DNA of 62,488 bases, the filler included, from Basidiobolus ranarum (Eukaryota), in assembly GCA_040143965.1 (NCBI GenBank). It is 9 parts of 9 records of this genome, joined end to end, with 100 filler letters (N's around TTAATTAATTAA, not from the genome) between each part and the next. Parts side by side here need not be neighbours in the genome. Positions count along the whole stretch, not along the records: positions 41,768 to 48,615 come from JASJQH010008106.1; positions 48,716 to 55,554 come from JASJQH010008107.1; positions 55,655 to 62,488 come from JASJQH010008108.1; 6 more parts are not named here. The stretch is one strand, 5' to 3'. Below the pieces are notes generated by a model. That model was not told the origin of the DNA and searched no databases. It saw only the letters and a list, made by a program, of their open reading frames with translations. The position numbers were made by a program, and so were the translations under genes. Below are positions 48,532-61,296 of the stretch, piece by piece (within the stretch, counting starts at the first letter, position 1; each line of letters starts with the position of its first letter).

Positions 48532-50973
48532 TTGTATGCTATGCCTATATTGCTAGGGAACCTTAACCTAGTCTGGCAATGTATGGTACTTTGGCATTTT
48601 GGCTATACAAGCCACNNNNNNNNNNNNNNNNNNNNNNNNNNNNNNNNNNNNNNNNNNNNTTAATTAATTAANNNNNNNNNNNNNNNNNNNNNNNNNNNNN
48701 NNNNNNNNNNNNNNNCAAGACAAAACCGTGCTTGAATCATCTAGATATCACATTACTCCTCTGGAGATGAATCATAAAGAGGCAATATTAATCTATGATG
48801 CATGTTCCAGGCACCATTTTAGTATGGATGCGTTTCTCCAGCTTACCTAAAGCAATACACGTGTTCCAATGACAAAGAGGCGATGTTTTTAGGATGAGCA
48901 ACGCGATAGGTTCAGCTTTGATTTCTCCAAAAACCAGTTATTTGGCCTATTTGGAAAGTGGCTTACTCACAAACGGAACATTTGAAGGCTCGAGTTACTC
49001 AGCATTTATTAATGCCCAAGCAGCTAGGTGACTATTTTTACTCATGGCTAGTGGTAAGAAACGAGCCTACGATTGGATCCATTGAAATATAATGGTGATC
49101 GGTCTGCACTTGGAAAGTTGTCTACAGCTCTCGTGTCTAGGTCAAGGTTGGGTGTTCTAGGGAAACCCTCTGAAAGGCATATATAAGGATGTCTACGCTT
49201 ACGAAGAATTCGCCGAGTGGCCCCTGGTAGCAAGCGAAGTGTCGTGACTTGAGTATGTCTAAATCCTCAACAAGACGACCCGAACGAAGAACACAGCTTC
49301 AGCACTAAACTGTGTCTGACAAGTAGAGAGTAGCAAATGAGATACACCCACTCGTCCCATAAACAATATAGTGAAAAGTATTCAAAATTAAATGAGTATG
49401 CATGAGCTTATCCCTTATGTGGAATATGATGGCTAGTACTTAAATTGATCCGAGATCCAAATGGAAAAGACCGATGGGTAAGCAATGGGAACCGAGCATT
49501 CCTCAAGCAGCAATTGGATTCAATAATCCACATATATATAGGCCATAGTTTGTTCGATTAGCTGGTATATATGGCCCTCCCCTCCAGATGCTCGCTTCAA
49601 CATTGTAGAATTAGAAAGCCGAGTACTGATCCTATCTCAGGCGCCAATTTATAGATTTGGATCGCGGGCTATCTCTTTGGATCTGAGATGTTGAATAGCA
49701 GGGGTTGTAACGGAATCAATGTAGAAAGAGGGTGCGGAATAGTGGCAAATAATTAAACCTGATGTTTCAAGTTTACTTTCCAAAATATCTCAAAACATGC
49801 AGCCTAATCCTGAAATTCACTATAAATTGATTTTTGTGATCTGGTGGCCCTGGTCCAATATAGCTTTTGGATTATACAAAAGGGACTCCGCCCTCCAGCT
49901 CGCATCATCCTTTAAGTTTGCTTCATCCCGTTCGCCCTGGGTAGACACCATCTCCTGAAGCAGATTCACTTCTGCCAAGTCAGAAAAAGATATACCGCAA
50001 ATTGCACTCGGTATTAAATACTTCCCCAAAGTGGTCTGAGATTGATTCAGATTCTTGGCATGGTTGAAGCCCGATCAGCAGTAATTCCAACTCTCGAGTT
50101 GTTGCCAAAGATTGTTGTTAGAAGCATATTTCATTAGTGGAAACAGAAAAGGCATGTTATCCAGGATGGGTGGGCAGTAGGTACCTGTGAACAATCGGTA
50201 TTCCCTATCCCCACAATGAGGTGAGTGGAAATATTAAGGAGAGCTAGAAGTGTAATTAGGTTGAAAAAATCCATATGCATTGGTAAAAGGAGAAAAGCCT
50301 TCATAAACTAAGCTCAATCCCCTCATTATATCATCTCAGCTACGATATTTACTAGATGCATTGGATGTTATTAATTTTAGACAATTACTAAGATAACAAA
50401 TAGTAGATGCCCTTCATTAAAAATACCATAATTCTGAAGCTCTTAATCATCGAGAGTAATGAATCTAAGCTGGCATAAACCATCTGATTTCTAGCCAAAT
50501 TACCGAAGTTTTGGATGGAGACGAGCCCAGTGACTAGGAAATTTTCAGATAGCTATCTAATAATTCCTGAACCCATTTCGTAACCATCTATTCTGTTGAT
50601 TCACTATTCTACCAATTGCTTATCTGCATCGCTCTGGCCAATGAAGCTTGGGTATTTGTACAACGCACAATCTCCAAAAAACTATATAAGTCAACATGCT
50701 GCCCTCTTGGCTGCACTGATAAGAAGCTACTTCCTTTTCATTTCTTTTATCATTCGACTGGTATATTTTGTAATTTTTTTTATTTCAATTGATTCCTCTT
50801 GAAATCGTCAGATTCAGAGCGGATTTTATTGTATTATTATCATTTTTGTACTACATTCACCGAGATTCTTCTAATCCCATCTTGCTCAACCAATCTCTTT
50901 GCAACTTCTAAACAGTTATACACTTACTCGCGGCAACATAGATTTGGCACTCTTGATCGTATAAAACTAGAAA

Positions 50974-53627
50974 ATGCCCTTAAGCCCCGAAAGCTCGGTA
51001 GAATCCACCAACGAAGAAGAGGTTAATTCCTCTGACGAATCCGATGAGGTAGTTGTTTAGCTTGACAAAATGACGATCCTAATTCACGAGCAATCAGCTC
51101 CATGAGGAACACGTCTGTCACTTTTCTTGAATTCAAATACGTATGCATTACGCGAGGATACAATGAAACTAGCTTGTTTCGTATTCGTTCGCTCTCATGG
51201 ATATTTGCACACCAATGCCATTTCACTCGCTAACATGTTTGAATTCAAATTTTAGTCCTCCTGCGTCATTTGTGGTGGCGAAGACGGAAGCAAGAAGAAC
51301 GCCATTGTGTTTTGTGACGGTAAAGGATTTTTCAATTAACGTTCTTTGCAATATTTTTTTAACTTGGCCATTTTAAACCCTCTGTCTTCTTATCCTAATC
51401 TGTCTTACTTTTCAAATCATCATCCCATTTTATTTCCCAAAACTAACTCCTAAATTTGATCAATGTGTAACCTCAACAGGCTGTGACATTCCAGTTCATC
51501 AAAGTGAGTTAAATTATGGAATTCTAGTTTTTTTTAAGGTTTACAAATCTCGATCATTTTCTAATCTGACCCACTTGGGGGAATAATTCATAGAGTGCTA
51601 CGGAATTGATGTTGTACCTCCAGGTAATCAAAAATGGTTTTGTCAGCGCTGTGCGGACAAAATCCCAGTTGATCAAACGGTAAGTATATTTACCCCTTAG
51701 TCTTAAACATATTTTCTAATTGAATTTGTGCCGTAGATACCTATCTGTTGTGACAAAACAGAAGGAGCTTTCAAAAGAACCGATATACCTGGAAGCTATA
51801 TTCACGTTCTTTGTGCCAAATGGAATCACGCAATTGACAAGTCTAAAGACCCTTGGTCTGTCTCTTCGCTTCTGCAGGAATCACAGGTAGGTTTCAGAGT
51901 ATTTAATTGATGGCCTAGTACGTGCCTAATGACTAAGGGTTTACATTTAGATTTGTTACCTCTGTGAAAAATCATCTGGGATTTGTACCCAATGTTGCTA
52001 CTCTAAGGTTCTAGAAAATGGCTCTATACGTAAATGTAAACGGTAGGTATCTCACTCTAGATGAATTTTTATGATTATCATTTGTGCTAATTAGCGTGGC
52101 ATTCCCTTAGCTGGTTCCATGTTACCTGTGCTGTTGATGCGGAGATTTTGATACTCAATGGGAGCCAAGGCAGTAGTAAACTTGGCTTAATGTGTCGCGA
52201 ACACAAAGAAGAGCATCAAAACAGTCGACGTGGTAATTTAAGAAAGAGAAGCTCCATATCCGTAGATACTCCAACCAAAAAAAGGAAAACCAATCATACT
52301 GCCAACCTGAAGGAAAAGAAAGAGGATGAATCTACTGAGTCAGAAGATAATGAAGATGAAGCGTGGAATGATCAACAAGAGGCAAACGGTAGTACCACCC
52401 GTGCATCTGAGGATGAATCCTCAAAATCTGACACGGAGCTAGGTACAAATGAAAGCAGTGATGTGGATGATGGGAAAGAGAAGTCCCGTAAACCATTTAG
52501 AAACACGTTACAAGAAATACTAAACGGGAAACGAACCACAACTTCTAACTTACCTTCATCATCTCAGTCTGTAAATGGGCATAAGCATAGGCAACCGAAG
52601 ACAACACCAAAACTCCTCGCTAAAAGTCCCAAAAGTAGTAACCAAGAGGTATATTATAATTTTCTTTATTTTGCAACTCGATAAAGTGGCTTACATAGTT
52701 TTCCGATAGCTGGGTGGTAGTCAGCCTCTTCTTAGTACCAAATTGTCACCAAAAGTCTCTCCTAATTTGACATCCCAGCAAGCCAACTTAGACGGCCTCA
52801 AATCAAAGTCACCTTTAGTTAAAGAAGCAATCCGTCAACAATCGCATGATTCAAATGGAATGAGTGCAACGATCAAGAAAGAGGCACCCGAGGCGACTGG
52901 ATTGAGGTTCCCTAATCAAGAAGCGTTGGATCTGGCATCATTTTGTGAGATGTACCTGGCCGATCAACAACCTCGACTAGCCACCCTGGAAAATATTATA
53001 CAAAGTATGGTAACAAATTGAGCATATTGGTTGCATTCGTAGCTTTATTAACCTCACATGAATCTAGGGATGAAAGGTGGAAAACCTCTTATTTACAATG
53101 GAGCTGAGCATGTATCGATTACAAAAAAGCAAGCATCCTCGCCTTCAAAACCAACAGAACCAACAGCACAAACCAATTCATATACTCAGACACAACCAAT
53201 AGGTGTTACTAATCCGAAACAACCATCTCAAATCGAGCTGACCAAAAAAGTCGAGGAGCTTAAGCAGAAGCTACAAGATTCTGAAAACACGTTTAGTCGC
53301 TTCAAATCCATCCAAACCAGCGAAACACATCGACTTCGCACTGATTGTGAGCACCTGTCGAAGGAAAACCAGGTAGTCAAGCAACAGCTGCAGGACGTAA
53401 GAAATGACTATCTCAAGCTAATGAATTCCTCACGGAATCTACGTAGCAACTTGGTCACGATTTTTGACTACCTGAAGCTGCCTCATCAAAAGGGACCAGT
53501 GGATTCACAAACGGTCGACGATCGAGTGCGGGAGTTGGCTGACATAGTGAAGAGAACCAATATTGATGAGAGAAAACGGCGGGATGTGATAAGTAAAGTG
53601 TTGAAGGATGTTGATAATCCCAAATAA
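50974..53627 (+). CDS. PZP (PHD-zinc knuckle-PHD) chromatin protein with C-terminal coiled coil, AF10/BRPF/Nto1-like, multi-exon
   Basis: Spliced: CVICGGEDGSKKNAIVFCD/GCDIPVHQ/KCYGI..WFCQRC../..EGAFKRT..YIHVLCAKW../ICYLCEKSSGICTQC../WFHVTCA..CREH; acidic linker; coiled coil ELTKKVEELKQKL. Confidence 0.85.
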
Positions 53628-55149
53628 ATCGAACGTCCATTCGTTGAGCAGAAAGGTGTGTTGAACACGAACCGCCACGCCATGCCTCATAGCAACATCT
53701 TCTTGCCGCACAATTCACTCTTTTGTAACCTAATGTGACCCTTTCTCTCTATTTAGATAATGTGAATTATTTCCTATTTCCCACCATTTTCTTGCACTCT
53801 TTGTCTTCACTTCGCTTAATATATTTTTCTTTTCTCGCTCGTCATCATCCACCCTCTTGATCCCAGTGCACTTGACTCCGGATCAAAGATTCGAAATAGA
53901 TTTTATACATATAAAAAGCTTTCACCTTGACTGCAGTGTAGGGGAGAGATTTTGGACTACTTTCGAACGGACCTCGTTCATAGACTTTGAGCGGTGGAAC
54001 CTTCCAGTGTATTAATGCCACCTCCCTCAATCAGCGCATCATTGGATTCCATACAGGTCATGCCCCTAAAAGACACTGAATTTGCAAATTGTTCGGCCAT
54101 ATATAGAAACATGGTATCGGAGTAGCGAAACATATGGATTCCAAATATTACTGTGCAAATCTCAGATATCGGCCACACCCAAAGCATGTAAAGCAGGGAT
54201 CTCGATATCGGAATTGACTTGAGTTTTTCATGGTGTGAGTTGAGCTCTCATCTCCATTACCAAGTGAGCTAGGAACATCGGAGAGAATTAAGGAGGTGAG
54301 TGGATAACGCTTGATAGATCTTACGATCGATTTAAGCACTGAAAGACATCACTAGAAATTCATTCACGGGAGGGAGATCCGATATTCACTTCTACTTTGC
54401 TCAACTGGTCACCACATACTGACTTTTTGACATCTGTTCACCTTTCTCCTTCCCAAATCTATTTTTAGAAGTGACACCTTCCTTAAGAATTTCCAAATAA
54501 GAATATCGGATTTCCCAGAAACCCTCATCCAGATTCGAGAAGGTGCATGATATCGAAAAAAGACCCAGTTCATTCAACAATTGGGGAAGGAAGAGTGAGG
54601 GAAGAAGGACATGTAGATGAAGGAATTATGTAAAGAACACACCTTGCAATAAAGAAATCGGGATAGAAATAAGAATGAGGATGGGGATAGAGATGGAACT
54701 ACGATTCAAGCTTACCATAATATCTTTTCAAGTGGAATGCATGAAACTCTGGGATCTGTAGATACTCAAGCATGGATCATGTCTGCTCGGTTGATTAGCG
54801 ATATCGATCGATGCGTAATATGGGATATTTAGGACTCAGTATAGGATCGATTAGAGGTTGATGAACCCAATGACTTAGGGTTAACCTCCATTTTATCAAG
54901 TAATTTAGACTAGCTAATGTTTATACCGTTTTAGGTATCGTTGTAAGTGCATCTTTCCAGTGGACAATAGTCAAGTTAAACCTCTCTAGCTTAGGAATCG
55001 TATCCTAAATATATTTCCATTCTACTTCAACTGAATCGGGTAATCTTTATTGAATCAAAATCATCACATACTGGTTAATAAATCTACCGAAAATCCTCTA
55101 ATCAAGATATTACCTAGTTTATTACCCTGATGGATTTCTTATTAGCAAT

Positions 55150-55554
55150 TGTTGAAATTAGCATTGCCTAAACACCTATATAGTCATATATAGCTTAGTA
55201 CTTAGTTATCTTATAATTCACTAAAATGTTATCCATTTTTCTCATAAGGAATTCATTATTCTCAATTGGATTTTACTTAGAATATTTTTACCAACTTAGA
55301 AGTTCTCAGATATATAGATTTTTCAAAGAAGCCCTAAACTTTGCACACATGTTCCTGGGACCTTCCTTAACACATTCTACACATTAGTTTGTTTACATCT
55401 TGACAAAACTGTAAATGTCAACTGAATACTCAATAAATTAATAAGTGAAAACCACCAATTCCTCTAATTCTCCAAACCACTTCCAACAGGCTCCCAAATA
55501 CCTTAACAGGTTATGAGCCCCAAGCTTGCACTCTCTGTAATGTCTACTTCTCAA
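55150..55554 (+). mobile_element. 5' end of a Ty1/Copia element (family 2): LTR 55150-55508, PBS, start of gag
   Basis: TGTTGAAATT..CCTTAACA immediately followed by GGTTATGAGCCC. Confidence 0.88.
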
Positions 55555-56340
55555 NNNNNNNNNNNNNNNNNNNNNNNNNNNNNNNNNNNNNNNNNNNNTT
55601 AATTAATTAANNNNNNNNNNNNNNNNNNNNNNNNNNNNNNNNNNNNNNNNNNNNAGTTAGGGCCCGGAGTGGGAAGTGCAGGGGGGAGGGGCCAAGGGGG
55701 GGGGAGCATATTTGGAGGGAAAAGAGAATCAAGCCAAGCGATAAACGGACTGATATCAGCAAAATCAGTGATAGATATAATGCAATGGGTTAAGGAGACT
55801 CCAGAGTATATTAACTTTCTGTGGGTTAAGGAGACTCCAGTGTCCCACTTACCAAGTTCTTCACACCACTATAAAGATCTGCATTTCCACAGTCAGAAAT
55901 ACTGGCAAAAAAGCTCAACTTCAACATCAAATAAGGTACACCAGTCAAAAGAGTGCAAAATTTGGAAGTTTATCCAACACCTGGCATCTCTCAACAAGCT
56001 AAAACATCAGCAAATAAAACTCATGGCTCTTTGGCCTCAACTGGTACTTCTCAAAGTGTTGAATTTTGCCTCAAGCTTTAGGGCAAGCAAAATGCCACAC
56101 AAACACCACAAAGCACTCTCAGCAGTGTCACACCATGAAAATAGTAAAAGTGCCTAAGGAGTATTCTCAGTAGTATGAAGGGAAAAACACATTGCAAGTA
56201 TGTAGAAAGTCACTTCAGATGAACAACATTCAACTTGACATTCAGTCTGGTGTTGACCATGTAGATATCTGGGAAGAACATAATACAGAGTGGCACAATA
56301 TTGCAGTGTATCCACCAGACAATGGGAAGAATGTTGATTC

Positions 56341-59300
56341 TGTGGAAATTAGGCAAATAGCAACTCATTATTTAGTAGTTAGTTTATTCATATTTTGATT
56401 ATTTAGTACTCAATTCTGTCATTCAAAAATATGTGTTTATTGCTCTAATTGATAGAAATATCAATTAGATCACTTTTACCAATTTTCACTATTTTCTCAA
56501 AACGTGTCCAAATCACCTCAAATTTTCACCCATGCTTAACAGGCATGTTTGTTATGATCTATGCACATTCAATAGTCCTATTTCATAGTAAACTATAAAT
56601 AGGACATATTCAATTCAATAAAACTTAAGTGTCTAATTTAGAAATCAAAATCTTTTCCAAAACACTTCCAAATCCCCTAAACACTTTTATCAGGTTATGA
56701 GCCCTGAGCTAGCTGCTAAAGGAATGTCTACTAGTACTATTACCAATGTTTTTGCATACACAGAGAAGTTTGATGGTGAAGACTTTCATCTTTCAAAGTT
56801 CAAGAAGCAAATGGTGCTAGAAGACAAGGACCTTTGGAGATTTGTTACAGGGGAAGAATTTGAGCCAAAGGGACCACCAAAAGCTATCCTTGCCTTTCAC
56901 AAGAAGCAGAGGAAACCACTCTCTACACTTTGTCTACATCTCAGAGAATCTCAATAGTGGCACTTACAATCAGCCAAAAACCTCCAAAATGCTTGGGAAA
57001 CACTTGAGGGACTATATGAGACTAAAAGTCTGGCTAATAGGCTATATCTTAGGTGAAAATTGTTCTCTATTCAGATGAATCCTGATGATTCTAAGCTTAA
57101 TCATATAAATTGGATAAAGACTACGGCAGATCAGCTCTCATCCATTGGAGCACCTATAAATGAAGATGCCTTAGTCATGACACTACTTGGGAGCCTGCCA
57201 GATCAGTCTGGGAACCCCATACTTGCCCTAGAATTAAGATCAGAGCCATTAACAATGGAATACATTGGTGCTAGGCTTTTGAATGAGGAATAAAGAAGAT
57301 CCTAAAAATTATTGAAATAAGCTGACAAATGTAGCATAGAAGATAAAGACACAATGGGGAACAAAAGCAGACCCAAATGATCCAAAATCACCTTGTTTAG
57401 GCTTTGAAGTTGGAAATATCACTAAATTGGATCTGTGTGAAGATTGCATATATGCAAAGCATCACAGACAGCAGTTTTCAAGCTCTGGTGAGATCAAATC
57501 CTCTCAGAACTTTGCCCTGATTCACTCTGACCTATGTTAGTGCTTGAAAAATATCTTACTAGGTGGGAAAAGGCACTTTATGATCTTGATTGATGACAAA
57601 ACACAATATACATATGTATTCTCTCTCAAATGAATATCTGAAGCCTTAGCTATGTTCAAGCTCTACAACGCAATGGTAGAGACCAAAGCAGCACAAAAAA
57701 TAAGGGTACTGAGGAGTGGTAATAATAGAGAATACTGCTGCCAAGACTTTACTAGTTCATATTCCAACATGGAATAAAGCAGCAAGCTACTGTTCCGTAT
57801 ACTTCACAGCAAAATGGAGTTGCAGAACATGATCATTGGACCATAGTGGAGATGGCAAGATCAATGTTGCATGATCCAAAGTTAGATTACCAATGTTGGG
57901 CTGAATATATCTCCCCTGCAGTCTATATTGAAACCAGATGACTAACAAGATTGCTACAAAATTCTACTCTATTTGAAGTCCAATATAGATCAAAACCAAG
58001 TGTGGATCATCTCAGGATCTTTGGTTGCACAGCATATTCCTTAAGTTCAGCTCAAACATGCTGCATAATGGGACCCAAAAGCAGAACATGCATATTTGTT
58101 GGTTACTGTTATGGATCTTAGGCCTTTAGACTGTTTGATAGCAAAAATCAGAAGTCAATTAGGTGCAGAGATTTGATATTTGATTAAAAAGTAAATTTTT
58201 CACCGCAAATCGCAGTTCTTGATCCAGAAAACATAATCAGCACTATTTAGAAAGTGGCTAACAGAGTTCCAGCAGTATCTGAGCCCTCTTCAATCAAATT
58301 CCAGTGTCATTTACAGCAGAGAATGATTCTGGACCCAGAAGATCATACAGAAGGAGAATTGAGCCAGGAAACTGGTGGAACACTTCCAATGCTGAAGTAT
58401 ATGCTTATGCAGCATTCTGCGGCATGCCAGAGACTCCAGATCAAGCTCTAGAGTGTCTGGAATGAAAATTACGGGAAAAAGCAATGTCAGATGAGTTTTC
58501 TTCACTTTTGGACAATAATTATGGGTTTTAAATCCTCTACCATCAGGGAGAGAGCCAATCGGTTGCAAATGAGTCTAAAAGTCAACAACCAAGCTGATGG
58601 AACTATAGAAAGGTACAAAGCAAGATTAGTTGCAACAGGCTATTCCTAGACTCCAGGTGTTGATTTTAGTGAAATCTTTGCTTCAGAAATTATATTTAGT
58701 TGCATAAGATCAATAATGGCACTCTCAGCCATCCATAACCTTGATTTACATCAAACAGATGTAAAAGCAGCCTTTCTGAATGGAAATCTAGAAGAAGAGA
58801 TCTATATGGAGAAACCAGATGTATTGGTTGACCCAAAACATGCTGATATGGTCTGTAAGCTGCAGAAATTGATATATCAACTCAAGCAAGCTCCCAGGGC
58901 ATAGTACAGCAAGATAGAAACCTATTTGGAATCACTTTGATTCCAAAAATGCACTGCAGAACACAGCATTTATATCAAAACAACCAGTAATAGGATCCTT
59001 ATCTTGGCAATATATGTGGATGACTTAATCAGGCAAAAAGTAGCTTATCAAACCAGTTTTAGATGACTGACATAGGTAAATTAAGTTATTTTCTTGGAAT
59101 CCGAATCAAGAGAGATAAACCCAATCCAAAAATCTTGCTGAATCAGTTCTAGTACAGCCTAGACATCCCAAAATGCTTCAACAAGGAGTATAGCAAGCCT
59201 GTATCAACACCAATGGACCCCAATATGAAACTAATCAAAATTTCATCCAATTTTGCCCAAAATGACTCAAATCAAAGCCAGGAGTACCCTTATCCATCCA

Positions 59301-60427
59301 TGGTTGGTACTTTAATGTATACAATGGTTGGAACACATTGAGACATTGCTGTGGCAGTGGGAACTGTCAGCTAATATCTCAAATATCAAGGATCTTACCG
59401 CAAAACTGCAATAAAACAAATATTCATTTATTAGAGAGGAACTCTAGATCTAGTTCTGGATTACTCTGCCACTCCTATTGCACACAATTTTAATAGCTAC
59501 AGTAATGCAGACTGGGGAAGAAATCTTGAAGGTAGAAGTTCAACAACTAGTTACACTTTTCTCTTTGTTAAAGAAGCCATAACTTGGAATAGTGAGAAGC
59601 TACCTACCATAGCACTTTCTCCTCAAGAAGCAGAGGATATGGCTGTCTTGGCTACTGCAAAAGAAGCTATGTGGTTAAGGAAGTGATTTACAGACTTAGG
59701 ATATATGTATCAACATGCCATTACTGTATTTGAAGATGATCAATGTTGTATTTCATTAGCTAAAAACCCTACATCACATGCTAGAACAAAACATATAGAT
59801 ATTAGGCATCATTTTGTTAGAGAAGCAATAGAAAATGATTTAATAAAGCTTGTCTATTGTGCTACTGAAGAAATGATAGCTGATATTTTAGCCCAACCTT
59901 TAGATAAGGCACATATTGAATTATTAAGATGTAAGTTAGGCTTAAGAGAAATTAAAAATAATTAGTTGATTGGGAATGTAGAAGTTGGGTAAACAGCAAC
60001 TTATTATTTAGTACTTAGTTTGTTCATATTCTGATTATTTAGCACTCAATTCTGCAATTCAAAAATGTGTATTTGTTGCCCTAATTGATAGAAATATCCA
60101 CATTACTTTGAAGTTGGTTTATACAAATTTGGATTATTTAGCACTCTATTCTCCTATTCAATAATGTTTGTTTATTGCTCTAATTGCCACAATCATCAAT
60201 TAGATCACTTTTACCATGTTTCACATTTTTCTTATATCTTTTCCAAATCACCTTAAATTTTGGCCCATGATTTACAGGCACTTTTACTATGATTTATGCA
60301 CATGCAACAGTCCCCTTTCACAGAAAACTATCAGTATGATGTATTCCATTCAATAGGACTTCAGTGTCTGATTCACCTGTCCAAATCCTGTCCAAAATAC
60401 TTCTGAAACCCCTAAACACTTTTATCA
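56341..60427 (+). mobile_element. Degenerate Ty1/Copia element (family 1) with two LTRs (56341-56692, 59977-60427)
   Basis: PBS GGTTATGAGCCCTG; gag; integrase (IHSDL, IDDKT, QQNGVAE); RT (DVKAAFLNGNLEEEIYMEKP, IYVDDL); RNase H (ARTKHIDIRHHFVRE..EMIADIL). Protease deleted; many stops; no matching TSD. Confidence 0.93.
56693..56709 (+). promoter_or_regulatory. Primer binding site complementary to the 5' half of initiator tRNA-Met
   Basis: GGTTATGAGCCCTG directly after the LTR CA; complementary to CAGGGCUCAUAACC in the anticodon arm of fungal tRNA-iMet. Confidence 0.85.
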
Positions 60428-60559
60428 TTTGGATATTGCTGCCAATCATGTGCAATTATTTTGCAAGATCTTTAAATATCACTTGTGACATTGAAAAAAC
60501 TTAGCAGAATCATATCTAACTTGACAATTCTACAATTGTTGGTATATTACCAATCCAAA

Positions 60560-61130
60560 ATGGATTAACATTGGAATAGTGTTTGACATTAACCATGATT
60601 TGATTTCAGACAGGATCATTGTATGGCCTCTTAATTGGTTATCAAGCTTTTGGTATGCTGTCCCTCCAGTGTTGAAACATATTCTAGTAAAAGATCCTAA
60701 GCCATTGAAGATGTTAGCCAGAGAAAATGGTTCTTGTCAAAGTAGTCCTTATTACCAATTCTGATTTTCTTGAGTTCCTCAGCAGACTTTTCTCTATTGT
60801 TGATGTGCCTGTCCAATAATGCTATTGTGTTGATGAGAAGTACTAATGAGGTCATTTTGGTCTTGCAGTTCTAAGTATTTGAAGTGATGACTTCAATCTC
60901 CATCATGAAAAATGCAGTGCTCTACATGTAGTAGTTTGTGTGACTTAACCCCAGTTGTTCTTTTTATAGTGCTCCTGTCAATCTATTGTATAGATGCAAA
61001 TTTTATGACCAAAGTTGAAGTTTCCCTTGGCAGGACTACTTTGTCAAGTTCATTAAGGGTGTATATCTTCTCCCTAGCATCCTATTTACCTACACATGAT
61101 AAGGTGAAGCTCATTTGATATAATCCTTCT
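60560..61130 (-). mobile_element. Ty3/Gypsy integrase relic
   Basis: Minus-strand fragments SPYH..N, IDRSTIKRTTG..L..C, RIGNKDYFDKNH and KLDNQLRG resemble a fungal Gypsy integrase core/C-terminus; multiple stops. Confidence 0.55.
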
Positions 61131-61296
61131 GTAGCTAAAACTAACAGGAGGTGGAGTATGGTAGGACTGTGTGCACTAAAACTGGACTGTAGTTTATTGT
61201 GGGTGATGGTGCTGTATTCACACTTAAATAGATAGATCAGATGGGTAATGACTCATCCATGGAAAAATAAACTAACTAATACAAAATACTAAAGTA

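Noticed and set aside
53845-54720. Minus-strand short ORFs after the PZP gene
   Set aside because: No coherent gene model or homology could be recognised.
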